IMG/VR virus record: IMGVR_UViG_3300048572_000043
Location: 1-64,000 of that record
Source: a virus
Taxonomy: Duplodnaviria > Caudoviricetes
Reading direction: 5' to 3' (one strand)
Length of the DNA stretch: 64,000 bases
How positions within the stretch are numbered: position 1 is the first letter of the stretch; every line of letters begins with the position of its first letter. The translations under genes and the position numbers were made by a program. A model generated the notes under the pieces. The model had not been told where the DNA came from, did not search any database, and saw nothing but the letters and a program-made list of their open reading frames with translations. This document shows positions 10,187-21,178 of this stretch, piece after piece.

Positions 10187-11073
10187 TGAACTATTTCTTC
10201 TTTTGTCATTTCGCCAAAATCTTTTTTAGGTGGTAGAGCTATTTTAAGTTGGCTATTGTCAAAGTATCTACTCAATCTGGATTCAGTTTTTTCTGCTGCA
10301 ATATTTCCAGCATTGTTTTTATTTGAATCATTATTTAAACTGATATAAATCTTTTTTGGATCAAGTTTTAAACAGTAATTTAAAATCGCTAAACTTAAAC
10401 TAGTTCCAAATGTAACAAGAGTATTCTTAACTCCAGCTTGCCATAAACTCAACATATCCCCAATACTTTCAACCAAGATTATTTCTTTTTGTTGTTGTAT
10501 GATTTCTGAGTTAATAAATAATGGATAAACAAACTCTGTTTTTTCACCAATATGCTTCCACTTTATTTTAGATAAATTAGTAATATCTCTTCCAGAAAAT
10601 CCTATAATATTATTCTTAGCATTAAAAATAGGAAACACATATCTATTCTTCATCTTTCCCATTTTTGCAAATCCACCTTTAAAGGTTTTTAGCGTTTCAA
10701 GGTCTACTCCTCTTTTGAGCCAATAGTCTTGATTATCTTCTAATCTAGAAAGAATTTCTGTATCAAATTTTTTAGAAGATTTTATAAGTGGTTTTTGGGG
10801 TTCTGTTGGATTTTTAAATGCAAAGTTTTTATTTTTAAGCCATTCTTGAGCTTCACTTGGATTTTCTAATTTAAGTGTTAATTTAACTAGTGAGTTTATG
10901 TCTCCGCTCATATTCTGTTTGAAATCTACCCATTTGCCAGTATCTTTGTAGATTCTTAATACAGAGTCATTATCGCTATCCCTATATAAAGGCTTAGCTC
11001 TAAACTCTTTTCCGCAATCTTTTAATTGATAACCAAGATCTGTTAGAATTTGATATACGTTTAATTCTTCCAT
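10168..11073 (-). CDS. DNA primase (TOPRIM, DnaG-like)
   Basis: RYVFPI, IIGFSGR, ILVESIGD, LNND and KDFGEM motifs. Confidence 0.9.
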   Translation of the reverse strand: MEELNVYQILTDLGYQLKDCGKEFRAKPLYRDSDNDSVLRIYKDTGKWVDFKQNMSGDINSLVKLTLKLENPSEAQEWLKNKNFAFKNPTEPQKPLIKSSKKFDTEILSRLEDNQDYWLKRGVDLETLKTFKGGFAKMGKMKNRYVFPIFNAKNNIIGFSGRDITNLSKIKWKHIGEKTEFVYPLFINSEIIQQQKEIILVESIGDMLSLWQAGVKNTLVTFGTSLSLAILNYCLKLDPKKIYISLNNDSNKNNAGNIAAEKTESRLSRYFDNSQLKIALPPKKDFGEMTKEEIVQWKNNL

Positions 11074-11717
11074 TCTAAAGCCTCACTTATCGTAGGAAAT
11101 TCTTTAATGAAAATCTTTTTACATTTTTCAGCAATTACTCTATGTTCTTTTTGAGTATTCTCTTCTGTTCTCAATTCTATATAATGAATCCAGCTTCTTA
11201 ATGAACCTTTCATGTACATTGTGGTTTGAGTTGTTAGGGGTAATATCATTCTTGCTACTTCTTTCGCAATCCCATTTTCAATCATTGTATCATAACAATG
11301 CTGAGAAAGCGATAGAGACTCTATTAGAACTTCATTGATTTTATCATATGCATCTGTATTTGTTTTCATAAGAATTTCACCTACTTGTCGATTCTTATCT
11401 CCTTGCAATCTGAGTTCAATATCTTCAAATTCATTTGCAAGACTATATCTTTGACTAAATTCTTGAAAGCTAAATGATCTATGTCTAAGAATTTGAGCTG
11501 CAATTCCTCTACTAGTTTTAATTTCAACACACATATCAACCAATTCAAATGGACTCCAATGCTTGTGTTTAATTAAGAATTTTAATAGCTTCGGAGCAGT
11601 TTCAATATTCATCTGATTAGATGGATTACTAACTCTAGCGCAAAATGCTACTAAGTCTTCTGGATTTTTAATTCCTTTAATTTCTGGTTTTGTAATTGAT
11701 ACTAAATCTACATTCAT
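11061..11717 (-). CDS. thyX: flavin-dependent thymidylate synthase
   Basis: HWSPFE, QILRHRSFSFQEFSQRY, EVARMILP. Confidence 0.97.
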   Translation of the reverse strand: MNVDLVSITKPEIKGIKNPEDLVAFCARVSNPSNQMNIETAPKLLKFLIKHKHWSPFELVDMCVEIKTSRGIAAQILRHRSFSFQEFSQRYSLANEFEDIELRLQGDKNRQVGEILMKTNTDAYDKINEVLIESLSLSQHCYDTMIENGIAKEVARMILPLTTQTTMYMKGSLRSWIHYIELRTEENTQKEHRVIAEKCKKIFIKEFPTISEALEWKN

Positions 11718-13198
11718 AATAGTTCTCCATCATTTGCATTTGCATCGTTAAGTTCGTATTGTTCTCTTTGACGCTCTGCTACATCTGCTAATGATCCTCT
11801 TTCTTCAATATTAAAGTTTTGAACATTATAATTTAAATAATTTTGTGACCAGATTTCTTTGCCAGTACAATCTAGCCTTCTAACCAAGTCTTGGTGACCA
11901 GCTGCATCTTTTCCTTGAAATCTAGTTTTAGTAGGAATCAATTTATGAGTTCCAAATGCTTGACCATCAAGAGTAATCTCGTCTAGGGTTTTTCTTCTAA
12001 AGATTGCTACGAATGATGCAAACCATTGTAATCTGTCTGAAAGTGAAATTACAGAACTATCATCAACAACTTCTGAACCTTTTCTATTAAAACTTTCACC
12101 AGTTCTATTTAATTGCATAGCTGTAATAATTGGACAATGAATTTCCTCTGAGATTCTTTTTAATTTATCAATCTTATCTCCAATTGCTTGATGCTCTGCC
12201 CAATTTTGACCTACTTTTTCTCCAGTTAATTTAATATAATCATAAGCAATCATGGCTTGATTTCCTCTTCCAACTTTAGAAAGATACCATCTCCTAATAA
12301 TAGAACATACTTGATCAATATTTTTATTACCTACATGATAATGAAAGTATTCATATTTTTTAACTTTATCCCAAGCTTCTCTTACTTTTTTGGTCATCTC
12401 TTCATTTTTGCGCCAATTACCAGTTTCAAGATACCAAACTGGAACACCGCTCAAAGATGCAACCATTCTTAATTGAATATCTACAGTTTGCATTTCAGTA
12501 TCAAGAATAAGAGTTTTAGTTTTATTCTTAGGATTAATAGAAGTCTTGAAACAAATATCGTTTAGCCAGGTTGATTTTCCTTGACCTGGCCTACTTGCAA
12601 TAGCGTAAATATTACCATTCTTTAAACCACCATACATTCTGTTAAATTCAGAATATGGAGTTATTAATCCAGTATCTTCTTTAGGGCTATTACCAATTTC
12701 CTCAATAAGATCTTCTACTCCTTCAAAAATATTAATTGGCATATCATTTTCTGAATAAGATGAAATCTTTTTATTATAAATCTGATCTATTTTAGTAATA
12801 ATAGAATCAAGCGATTCATCTGAATTCTTTGTCACGTATTCTTTAAGTTTATCTGCTGTTGAAGAAATTTCTCTTCTGACTCGTAGTTTAATAAGTTCTT
12901 TGCATGCCTCCATTGTGGCTTCTTGAGTTATTTGTGAGAAACTCAAATTATCAATGTAGTCAAAGATATTAATCTCATCTTTAAACGAGATTCCGAGGTT
13001 CTTGATTTTTTCAGCTAATAATACTTTGTCTACGTTTTCGCCTTTATGCTTAATATTCTTGAATATTGAATAAATAGTACAATGAACATCATTATAGAAG
13101 TCATTCTCTGTTAAAAATACATCAACATCTGCAAATAAATCTTGATGTTTTAATAGACCGCTTAATACGTGTCTTTCTACTTGTAAAGAATAAATCAT
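11714..13198 (-). CDS. dnaB: replicative DNA helicase
   Basis: ASRPGQGKS Walker A, DTEM, YDYIKL, AMQLNR. Confidence 0.93.
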   Translation of the reverse strand: MIYSLQVERHVLSGLLKHQDLFADVDVFLTENDFYNDVHCTIYSIFKNIKHKGENVDKVLLAEKIKNLGISFKDEINIFDYIDNLSFSQITQEATMEACKELIKLRVRREISSTADKLKEYVTKNSDESLDSIITKIDQIYNKKISSYSENDMPINIFEGVEDLIEEIGNSPKEDTGLITPYSEFNRMYGGLKNGNIYAIASRPGQGKSTWLNDICFKTSINPKNKTKTLILDTEMQTVDIQLRMVASLSGVPVWYLETGNWRKNEEMTKKVREAWDKVKKYEYFHYHVGNKNIDQVCSIIRRWYLSKVGRGNQAMIAYDYIKLTGEKVGQNWAEHQAIGDKIDKLKRISEEIHCPIITAMQLNRTGESFNRKGSEVVDDSSVISLSDRLQWFASFVAIFRRKTLDEITLDGQAFGTHKLIPTKTRFQGKDAAGHQDLVRRLDCTGKEIWSQNYLNYNVQNFNIEERGSLADVAERQREQYELNDANANDGELL

Positions 13199-13239
13199 CC
13201 TTTATATATCATACCAAACTAGAAATTAAAAGTCAAGTT

Positions 13240-13503
13240 TTAATCTTCTTCTGAATCTTCGTTTTCGTTTTTTCTAGCTATAAGATCGGTGGTCGCTTCT
13301 AAATTAAGTTGATCTATGCTTTGTCCCCATGTATTTAAATAATATAAAAGAGCCATAGCGTTTATTTGATTATCAAATTTTGTATATACTTGAGGTTCAC
13401 CTTTGCTTGAAAAATTAAAAAGAATATATCCACCGAAACTACATTCATCAATTTGTTTTAAAAGAGATGCTGGGAAATTGAATTTTTTCTTATTTGTCAC
13501 CAC
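13240..13503 (-). CDS. hypothetical protein
   Basis: 87-aa ORF preceded by the GTGTAA motif. Confidence 0.65.
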   Translation of the reverse strand: MVTNKKKFNFPASLLKQIDECSFGGYILFNFSSKGEPQVYTKFDNQINAMALLYYLNTWGQSIDQLNLEATTDLIARKNENEDSEED

Positions 13504-13515
13504 AAAATTTTACAC

Positions 13516-13935
13516 TTAAATAATTAATATTCTGCACTTTTCTTCTATATATTGTGGTGATAGATTTTTTAGATCATTTTCATAGAGTTCTAGGAACTTA
13601 AATCCATTCATTTCTAGCCATTTTTCTTTTTTAACATCTCTTTTTATACTTTGAAGGTATTTTAATCTAGAATTATCGTGAAAGAATTTATTAAAGCTCT
13701 CATGTTGATTGCCTTGTATCTCAACTGCTATCTTTTTTGTTGCATTTAATAAATCTACTTTAAGCATGCTTCCATAAACTGGAAACTCTTCATAAACAAT
13801 ATGATTTTTCCAGTAAGGATAGAAGAATTGTTTGAATTTAAATTGTAATTTACTTCTGCATTTTCCATCCCAAACTATTTCGTAGTTTCTTACGTTTTTA
13901 TTAACGAGCTTGCCGTTAATATTCAATAATCTCAT
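13516..13935 (-). CDS. Vsr/DUF559-like endonuclease
   Basis: EEFPV, VDLL, IAVEIQG.QH, RD..K..W....G. Confidence 0.8.
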   Translation of the reverse strand: MRLLNINGKLVNKNVRNYEIVWDGKCRSKLQFKFKQFFYPYWKNHIVYEEFPVYGSMLKVDLLNATKKIAVEIQGNQHESFNKFFHDNSRLKYLQSIKRDVKKEKWLEMNGFKFLELYENDLKNLSPQYIEEKCRILII

Positions 13936-15074
13936 GATGCAAGAGTATTAATGAATTTATTATAAAAATAGTCTACTATTGGTTTGTTTTCTTCAAGATA
14001 AGATCTTAAATTATCTATCCCTTGATGCTGCTTCTTAAGTTCTAAATTTGATTTCTTAAGTTCATCAATAATTTCATCAGAAAAAGTAACCCATGCTCCT
14101 TTTGCAGTTGCAAATTCCCAAGATAAGATTTGATCAATGATCTCGTATTCTCTCCAAACAGAAGAGCCATCTTTACGACCATATTTAATTGGATATTGAA
14201 TCTTAGAATTTGTAGATTCATTTGTGGATTTTTTAATCACAATCTTAACATTGTGCCCAATAATCTTGTTCTTAACTTGATCATATCTTTCATTTGGTTT
14301 TTCAAGAATAAGATCCTTGTTAAACTTTGGTTCGAATTCAAGAATCCAATTAGCAAAATGCAATAAGGCATTTCCACCAGTTGCAGTAGTTTGCCGAATA
14401 TCCTTATTTGCTGCGTAAGGATCAAGTTTAATATCAGATCGAACTTGACTAATAAAAATTGCCATATGGCCACGTTTAGAAAGAGCAAGAGAAATCCTCT
14501 TCATTAACATTGAAGAAATAACGGCTCCACCAGCAACCTTTGTCGCTTCTGTCATGCTTTTTTGAGAATCACCTTTTGTCATCAAACCGTCAACCGAATC
14601 AAGAATAAAAATATATCTTTTATTTTCGTCATTAGATTGAATGAGGTCTTTCATCAATTCTGAAACCGTTTCAAAAATATTACATTCAAATACAAAGCAA
14701 GTTCCATCGACCCATTCTTTAGCATCAGTTACAAACTTAATTCCAGAGCGTTCTTTAACTTCTTTGCTTAATCTTCCTTCTGCCTTAAAAAGTAAAGCTC
14801 TAGAGTTTTCTACTGATTTAAGAAAGTTCTTTGTTACTTCTAATGCTTCTGAAGTTTTACCGCCTTCATTCATCCCAATGAATCTATGTAACCCTGGACA
14901 TAGACCACCACCAGTAGCGATATCCAGGTTTAAGCTACCAGTTGATACTTTATAGTATACTTCTTCCTCAAAATTGTAATGATCTTCTTTATTTTCCTTT
15001 AAAAAGGATAATAGTCTATCTGATGCGCTTGGTCCAGATGATTCAATAATTTCTTCTTTAGATTTTTTTGCCAT
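13932..15074 (-). CDS. recA: RecA/UvsX-like recombinase
   Basis: STGSLNLDIATGGG, GMNEGGKT, ILDSV, FISQVR, TGGNAL. Confidence 0.9.
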   Translation of the reverse strand: MAKKSKEEIIESSGPSASDRLLSFLKENKEDHYNFEEEVYYKVSTGSLNLDIATGGGLCPGLHRFIGMNEGGKTSEALEVTKNFLKSVENSRALLFKAEGRLSKEVKERSGIKFVTDAKEWVDGTCFVFECNIFETVSELMKDLIQSNDENKRYIFILDSVDGLMTKGDSQKSMTEATKVAGGAVISSMLMKRISLALSKRGHMAIFISQVRSDIKLDPYAANKDIRQTTATGGNALLHFANWILEFEPKFNKDLILEKPNERYDQVKNKIIGHNVKIVIKKSTNESTNSKIQYPIKYGRKDGSSVWREYEIIDQILSWEFATAKGAWVTFSDEIIDELKKSNLELKKQHQGIDNLRSYLEENKPIVDYFYNKFINTLAS

Positions 15075-15110
15075 ATTATTATTATAATGTAAATTTTAAA
15101 AAATGCAAGT

Positions 15111-15818
15111 TTAAATAAATTCTTTAGCTCGCCTGCCTTCTGCATTTATATTATTTGGACCTAAGCCATAAACTGTATAGTTTCTCAAGCATACTTGTGC
15201 TGATGGGTCCCAATAATGCTCCTCTGTATCGTTTCTAAAAACATGCCATCCAAATTGCCTTCTAAAGAAAAAGTCTGAAGTTCCACAATCATAATTTTCT
15301 GGATATTGCAAGCCTTGTTTTAACCATTTGCTTTTCGCGTGAAAAATTTGTAAATATCCCCATCCCCAATCAAGACTTTTTATTTCTGGTTTGTAATTTA
15401 AATCTTTATTTATAAAGACTTTTTCATAATCTTGATAATCTTCTAATACAAATCTCCTAGCACTTATCATTTGATCAAATGGCCCACTATTTTTTAGTTC
15501 ATTAAATATATTGAGATAATCATCTGGTAGTATTGTATCTGCGTCGATTATGGTTATTAACTCTGGATTTTCCATCTTTGACATAGTATATGTATAAGCT
15601 GCTCCTCTATTAAATTTCGCTGGTTTATTTCGATAGCTATAAAACTTATCAGTTTTAATTAATTTAAATTTTGAATCACTACATATAGCCTCTAATTCTT
15701 CGTCCTCTTTTGTATCTGTAGCCACATGTATTTCATCAAAAAAATGATAATTATGTTTTTTAAAAATTTTTAAATAATCATTATAATTGATTGCAGAAGT
15801 AAGTGCTATATGTTTCAT
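15111..15818 (-). CDS. GT-A fold glycosyltransferase
   Basis: FNRGA, IIDADT (DxD), GYLQIFH. Confidence 0.7.
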   Translation of the reverse strand: MKHIALTSAINYNDYLKIFKKHNYHFFDEIHVATDTKEDEELEAICSDSKFKLIKTDKFYSYRNKPAKFNRGAAYTYTMSKMENPELITIIDADTILPDDYLNIFNELKNSGPFDQMISARRFVLEDYQDYEKVFINKDLNYKPEIKSLDWGWGYLQIFHAKSKWLKQGLQYPENYDCGTSDFFFRRQFGWHVFRNDTEEHYWDPSAQVCLRNYTVYGLGPNNINAEGRRAKEFI

Positions 15819-15819
15819 T

Positions 15820-16152
15820 CTATTTTCTTATAAAGTCTAGCAATGTTTTTGGCTTTTTGCAAATCTTTTTATCATATTCTACTTTGTTTTCTTTTAATTC
15901 TATTTTAGGTATATTTAGATTTATGTTAAAACTCTCGTATTCTCTTAATAAGAAAGCCTTTCCTTCCGCTTTCAAGAACCAAGCTAACGATGGTGGAGGA
16001 CTACCTAGCTCTTTAAGGTTATTCCAAAACTCAAAAGATTTAAATTTCTTAATAAGTCTTTGAGCAATCTTGATTTCTCTTGGCCAATTTACATTTCCTT
16101 TGACGTATTTTTTAACTATTAATTGGCAAAGTTTATGATTTGAGATTTTCAA
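15820..16152 (-). CDS. hypothetical protein
   Basis: 110-aa basic ORF in the operon. Confidence 0.65.
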   Translation of the reverse strand: MKISNHKLCQLIVKKYVKGNVNWPREIKIAQRLIKKFKSFEFWNNLKELGSPPPSLAWFLKAEGKAFLLREYESFNINLNIPKIELKENKVEYDKKICKKPKTLLDFIRK

Positions 16153-17278
16153 TATCCCAGTTTACCATCTTTTCTATTAGTTTGTCAAATGAAATTTTGG
16201 GTTTCCAATTTAATTCTTGTCTAGCTTTATTAGAGTCTCCAAGTAGAAGTTCTACTTCTGCTGGTCTATAGAATTTTGAATTAATTTGAAGTAATACTTT
16301 TTTATCTTTATTTATGAATATGATATGTTCACCTTCTCCAATCCATTCGCCATTTATTGATGCATATTTAAAAGCTTTTTCAGCAAATTCTTTGATAGTA
16401 TGAGTTTCATTTGAAGAGAATATATATTCTTTAGGCTCTCCAGAGTAATTTGGATTATATTTATCTTGATTCAACATCATCCAAACGCCTTCTATAAAAT
16501 CTTCTGCATCACTCCAATCTCGTTTAGCTTCAATATTTCCTAATTCAAGTGGTTGAAAGTCTTCGTTATTTTTAATTGCATTATAAATACGAGCTACGTT
16601 TTTACTAATTTTTCTAGTAACAAACTCTTCTCCTCTTCTTGTGCCCTCATGATTAAATAGCCAACCTTGGATTGCATATATTCCATAGGATTCTCTATAA
16701 ACTTTTACTAATTGTCTAGAAGCAGCTTTACTTGCTCCATAAGGACTTCTTGGCTTTAAAGGATGATTTTCATCTTGTGGAGAATATTCTACATTACCAA
16801 ATTCTTCACTAGAACCAGCTTGATATAATCTGCAAGATGGTTTATATAATCTAATTGCTTCAAGAATATCTAAAACTGCTGTTGAATTCGTATGCCAAGT
16901 TTGTTTAGAGAAATCCCAACTACTTGCGACAAAGCTTTGCGCAGCAAAATTAATAAAATAATCTGGTTGCAATTTTTCTACGGTTCTTGATATAGCGTGA
17001 GAATCAGTTAAATCAAAATTAATTAGATGAAATCTGTCAGATTTAATATGTCTAATATTTTCATGATTATAAACGCTCAATCTTCTTACTCCACCAAATA
17101 TAACATAATCAGTATTTTTGAGTAAAAAATCTACCATGTGACTTCCATCCTGTCCAGTAACTCCAGTTACTACAATAGTTTTTCTGTTATTGATAATCTT
17201 ACTTGCGTCTTCGATATTTAAGATATTAGAAGTATCTATCTTCTTTCCATAATATGTTTCTTTAAAATTAATACTCAT
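16133..17278 (-). CDS. gmd: GDP-mannose 4,6-dehydratase
   Basis: TGVTGQDG, AAQSFV, PRSPYGASK, FNHE, FVTRKI, FYRPAEVELLLGD. Confidence 0.95.
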   Translation of the reverse strand: MSINFKETYYGKKIDTSNILNIEDASKIINNRKTIVVTGVTGQDGSHMVDFLLKNTDYVIFGGVRRLSVYNHENIRHIKSDRFHLINFDLTDSHAISRTVEKLQPDYFINFAAQSFVASSWDFSKQTWHTNSTAVLDILEAIRLYKPSCRLYQAGSSEEFGNVEYSPQDENHPLKPRSPYGASKAASRQLVKVYRESYGIYAIQGWLFNHEGTRRGEEFVTRKISKNVARIYNAIKNNEDFQPLELGNIEAKRDWSDAEDFIEGVWMMLNQDKYNPNYSGEPKEYIFSSNETHTIKEFAEKAFKYASINGEWIGEGEHIIFINKDKKVLLQINSKFYRPAEVELLLGDSNKARQELNWKPKISFDKLIEKMVNWDIENLKS

Positions 17279-17705
17279 TGATATATGATAATGCAAAATC
17301 CGTGCATATTCCAAAACATTTTTTAGATATTTTCTCTTTTGAATTTTTTAATACAATAATAGAATTACTAGTTATATTTTTATTTGGATATGTCCATATA
17401 TAATTTTTTGAAGTTAATGTGAAGTCGTCATTTTGATGCCAAAAAGAATGTATTTTTTTATTTTTTATCATTAAATTTAATGCGTCTAAATTTTTTGCAT
17501 GACACCATAATTTTTTATTTTCTAAAAAGGATTCATCTACAAGATGCTGTGGTTTATCGTGCCCAAGATACCAGTTGTTATTTTTATACCATACGTCTAT
17601 TTCTACATCAAATCCATGGTATAACGCTACATTGATTGCTGGTAGGGAGTTTTCTGTGGATGGATTCCTACCATTTAAATTACCTCTATGAGAAATAATT
17701 TTCAT
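17268..17705 (-). CDS. small GDPD/PLC-like phosphodiesterase
   Basis: IISHRGN, EN, DVEIDV, LGHD, GICTD. Confidence 0.75.
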   Translation of the reverse strand: MKIISHRGNLNGRNPSTENSLPAINVALYHGFDVEIDVWYKNNNWYLGHDKPQHLVDESFLENKKLWCHAKNLDALNLMIKNKKIHSFWHQNDDFTLTSKNYIWTYPNKNITSNSIIVLKNSKEKISKKCFGICTDFALSYINEY

Positions 17706-18340
17706 TTTATTAAATTTTTTTCTTTAAATTTGTTTAAAACATTCGAGAATAATTTAGAATGATCTAAGTGACAATAATCAATAAAGTGTTCCATTTTTGT
17801 TAAACCATTTTCATCTATCAAATCATGTATTATACTTATATTAGGTATAGAATTAATTAAGCTAATATATTTTAAATATGAATCCCATTCTTTAGATATT
17901 TTATTCCTATACAAGCAATCTCCGTAAACTGGGCTAGATGAATCATCGTTATGACCAGCTATAGTAGATGGATGACCACCCCAACTTATAACATTGTATC
18001 CATTTTTTTTAAAAAATAAATGTGTTTTAAAAAATCTATCTATACATTCATTTACTATATCTTGAACATCTCTTTTTTGTTCTTCTGCTTGTTTTGGTAG
18101 ATGCCATCTACAATCTACTTCTCCGACCACAAGTAAAATATAGTCATTTGGTAAAATATTTATTTTATTTGATTGAATTAATTCAATTATTTTTTCTAGA
18201 TGATGTTGATAAAAATTATAAGCAATAGTTGGGCCTAAAGAATAAGATGTAAAATATTCATTTTTAAATCTTCCTTCTGTATCTGCTGGATGTGAATTTG
18301 TAAAAAAATGGGCGTGACTATTTCCAATTGCGTAAATCAT
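17702..18340 (-). CDS. SGNH-like hydrolase/acyltransferase
   Basis: IGNSH, GEVDCR and D..H motifs. Confidence 0.6.
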   Translation of the reverse strand: MIYAIGNSHAHFFTNSHPADTEGRFKNEYFTSYSLGPTIAYNFYQHHLEKIIELIQSNKINILPNDYILLVVGEVDCRWHLPKQAEEQKRDVQDIVNECIDRFFKTHLFFKKNGYNVISWGGHPSTIAGHNDDSSSPVYGDCLYRNKISKEWDSYLKYISLINSIPNISIIHDLIDENGLTKMEHFIDYCHLDHSKLFSNVLNKFKEKNLIK

Positions 18341-19095
18341 ATATTTAGATTAGTAATTATTCCTAATGGATAATGTCTTTTCGAATAAAATTGAGTATTT
18401 TGAAAGTATTCGTATATTTTAACAATTTCAGTATTAAAAAGATCTTTAATAATATCATTAGATCTTTCTGTGAAAGTATGAGTGTCATGAATACATATTA
18501 AATACTTATCTGACATAAAGGGGCGCAAGGAAACTATATCTCTTTCAAATTCTTTATCTGATTTAGGGCAATCTAAAAAGACGAAATCTAGTTTTTTATT
18601 TTTGCTTTTTATTAATTTTATTGAATCAATTGGACTCCATCCAACCTCTAGGTCAACATAATCAGATAAACCATAATGGTTTAGAATTTTTTTAGTGTTA
18701 TTAAATGCCTTACAATTTGATTTAATATTTTCAATATCTTTTTCGTTGTATTCAAATATTGGTTCTTCAGAAGAGATAATGCTTGAATTTAATTCTTCGT
18801 AATAAGAATCCAAGGAAATTAGATGTCCTCTTGCTCTTTTGAATCCTTTAGCTAAAGCTAGCGTAGATATTCCAATTCCAGTAGATAATTCAAATCCAAA
18901 CTGTAAATTATGTTTCTCTATACTTTCTTGCATGAAATTATATTCGGCTTCATTAATTGATATAGGAAGTTCTTTATCGACAAGTTTTATGCCTACATGA
19001 TTTCCACCAGCATGATTTATAATTTCCAGTTTGTTTTGACAGATATTATTCAATTCTCTAATGAGTTGCTCAAAAGACTGATATTTAAAGTGCAT
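18337..19095 (-). CDS. class I SAM methyltransferase
   Basis: FELSTGIGIST, LDFVFLD, IHD. Confidence 0.75.
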   Translation of the reverse strand: MHFKYQSFEQLIRELNNICQNKLEIINHAGGNHVGIKLVDKELPISINEAEYNFMQESIEKHNLQFGFELSTGIGISTLALAKGFKRARGHLISLDSYYEELNSSIISSEEPIFEYNEKDIENIKSNCKAFNNTKKILNHYGLSDYVDLEVGWSPIDSIKLIKSKNKKLDFVFLDCPKSDKEFERDIVSLRPFMSDKYLICIHDTHTFTERSNDIIKDLFNTEIVKIYEYFQNTQFYSKRHYPLGIITNLNI

Positions 19096-19099
19096 ATAT

Positions 19100-20476
19100 T
19101 TATTTATAGTTTTCTAAGAAATAATTTAAATCTTCTGGGGTTCCAATTCCCCACATTTTATTGTTTTCGATCTTGAATACTTTTACTTTTTTACCATCTT
19201 GAATTGCTTCGTTAAATACTGGGCAAACATAAAATTCATTATTGACCCTAATATTCTTAAAGATCATTTGCTCTGCATATTTTACATAATCAGAACCTTT
19301 TCTCCAGAAATAGATTCCAACTGTAGCTAAATTACTAATTGGCTTTTTCTCGGCTACTTCTGAAACAAATCCATTTTCACCTAATTTAGCAAAACTCCAT
19401 TTAGGATGAGTTGATTCAAATACAAGAATTCCAGCGTCAATATTATCTGCCATCATTGAATACATAAATTCGTTGCTATCCCAATCAACATATTGATCTG
19501 AGTTGGCTATAAGAAGTGGTTGGTCTGTATCAATATACTGTTTAGCTAATAATGTTGTGCAAGCTGCACCTTCTGTTAATGCTTCTGTTAAAGCTATTTC
19601 GCAATTTGGACTTATTAAATTTAATGTATCCTTTAAGTTATATTTTTCATAATGACTTTTTTGAGCTATAAAAACATGTTTGGCATCAATACCAATAGAA
19701 TCAATAACTACTTGAATCATTGGTTTTCCTCTTACTTCTATAAGAGGTTTGGGGAATGTATAACCAGCCTTTTCAAACCTAGTTCCTGCGCCAGCCATTG
19801 GAATTAATACTTTCATTTTATCATCTTTCCATTTAGGCTTCATTATTTTATTATTGTTAATTTTATTGATGTTATCTATTATTTTGTCTAGATTAATATC
19901 ATTGGTATTTAACACTGGATGCAAGTTACCACCAGATTTTAAAGCTGCTTTTCTTCCAACAATTGAATCTTCAACAATTAAACACTCGTCTGGATCAACC
20001 CCAGCATCAATCATGCATCTTAGATATATTTCTGCTTTTGGTTTGGGATTTTTAACGTCTTCACTAGAGTAATAATTGTCAATATACTCCATAAATCCTT
20101 TTTTTAATAATATAGTTTTTATAGTTTCTTTGATGGAATTAGATGCAACATATATCTTATATCCACTATTTTTTAATTCTTTAAGAATAAGTTTAATTCT
20201 TTCGTCTTCTTTTACTGTTTCGTTAATTACTTCTATTGTAAATTTTTGCTTATTATTCCAGATTAAACTATGCTTATCTGTTGGTAGCTTTTTATTTTTA
20301 GATAACAGTTCTAATTTATTTTTCGTTGGTAATCCATCGTATGTTGATAAATGCTCTTCTTTATTTATTGTAAAATCTTTTGAAACTAAAGATATAGCTC
20401 TATTAAGAGCTTCGTAATGAATTTCTCTTGCATCAATCAATACTCCGTCTAAATCAAAAATTATAAGTTTAATCAT
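19100..20476 (-). CDS. HAD phosphatase fused to a sugar-phosphate nucleotidyltransferase
   Basis: FDLDGVL, KPKAEIY, VEDS; then IPMAGAGTRF..PKPLI and IGTPEDL. Confidence 0.9.
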   Translation of the reverse strand: MIKLIIFDLDGVLIDAREIHYEALNRAISLVSKDFTINKEEHLSTYDGLPTKNKLELLSKNKKLPTDKHSLIWNNKQKFTIEVINETVKEDERIKLILKELKNSGYKIYVASNSIKETIKTILLKKGFMEYIDNYYSSEDVKNPKPKAEIYLRCMIDAGVDPDECLIVEDSIVGRKAALKSGGNLHPVLNTNDINLDKIIDNINKINNNKIMKPKWKDDKMKVLIPMAGAGTRFEKAGYTFPKPLIEVRGKPMIQVVIDSIGIDAKHVFIAQKSHYEKYNLKDTLNLISPNCEIALTEALTEGAACTTLLAKQYIDTDQPLLIANSDQYVDWDSNEFMYSMMADNIDAGILVFESTHPKWSFAKLGENGFVSEVAEKKPISNLATVGIYFWRKGSDYVKYAEQMIFKNIRVNNEFYVCPVFNEAIQDGKKVKVFKIENNKMWGIGTPEDLNYFLENYK

Positions 20477-21178
20477 TTAGTTGTTATGAAATTGTTTTGA
20501 ATCATTTATTGAGTTAAGTTTATCTAAATCATTACATAAATGAAAAAGTGGATCATTATGTCTCATCTGTTTGACTATAGCATTGGGGTTTATTGAAAAA
20601 TTATATTTTGTTGTTATATTTTTTGACCATTCAACATCTTCGCCTTGTCCCCAAAAAAGATTTTCATTTAATGGAAACTCTTCCATAACTTGTTTTTTTG
20701 CAATCCAATAGGCTCCAGATATATACATTACTTTGGATAAGTATTTAAAGTTATAAGGTACTAAATATTTCGGGTATGGTATACCAATTTCAGTAGCTGA
20801 TTCTGCCCAAAGACACCAATCTCTAAATCTAGTACAATCTGGATTTAAAATTTGAGTCATGCAAATCTTAAAATCATCACCAAAGCTTAAAAAATTCTTA
20901 TACCAATCTTTATCAAATACAATATAGTCATGTAAATATACAATATTTTCATATTTTGCATATTTTGTTATTAGATTCTTCTTTTTCGTAATCCACCATC
21001 CATTCGGATTTTCTTCAAAAGAATAAATACTTATATTTTCAGATTTATAATCCTCATCTCCTCCAATTATAATTATTTCATAATTAGGAATATTTAAATC
21101 TTTAATTGAGTCAATAATTGAACTTAAACTATTTAAAGCGTCTTTTTGAGAAGTAATTATTCCAAATGTAAAATTCAT
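20477..21178 (-). CDS. GT2-like glycosyltransferase
   Basis: NYEIIII, KKN..AKYENIVYLHD, GEDVEWS. Confidence 0.75.
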   Translation of the reverse strand: MNFTFGIITSQKDALNSLSSIIDSIKDLNIPNYEIIIIGGDEDYKSENISIYSFEENPNGWWITKKKNLITKYAKYENIVYLHDYIVFDKDWYKNFLSFGDDFKICMTQILNPDCTRFRDWCLWAESATEIGIPYPKYLVPYNFKYLSKVMYISGAYWIAKKQVMEEFPLNENLFWGQGEDVEWSKNITTKYNFSINPNAIVKQMRHNDPLFHLCNDLDKLNSINDSKQFHNN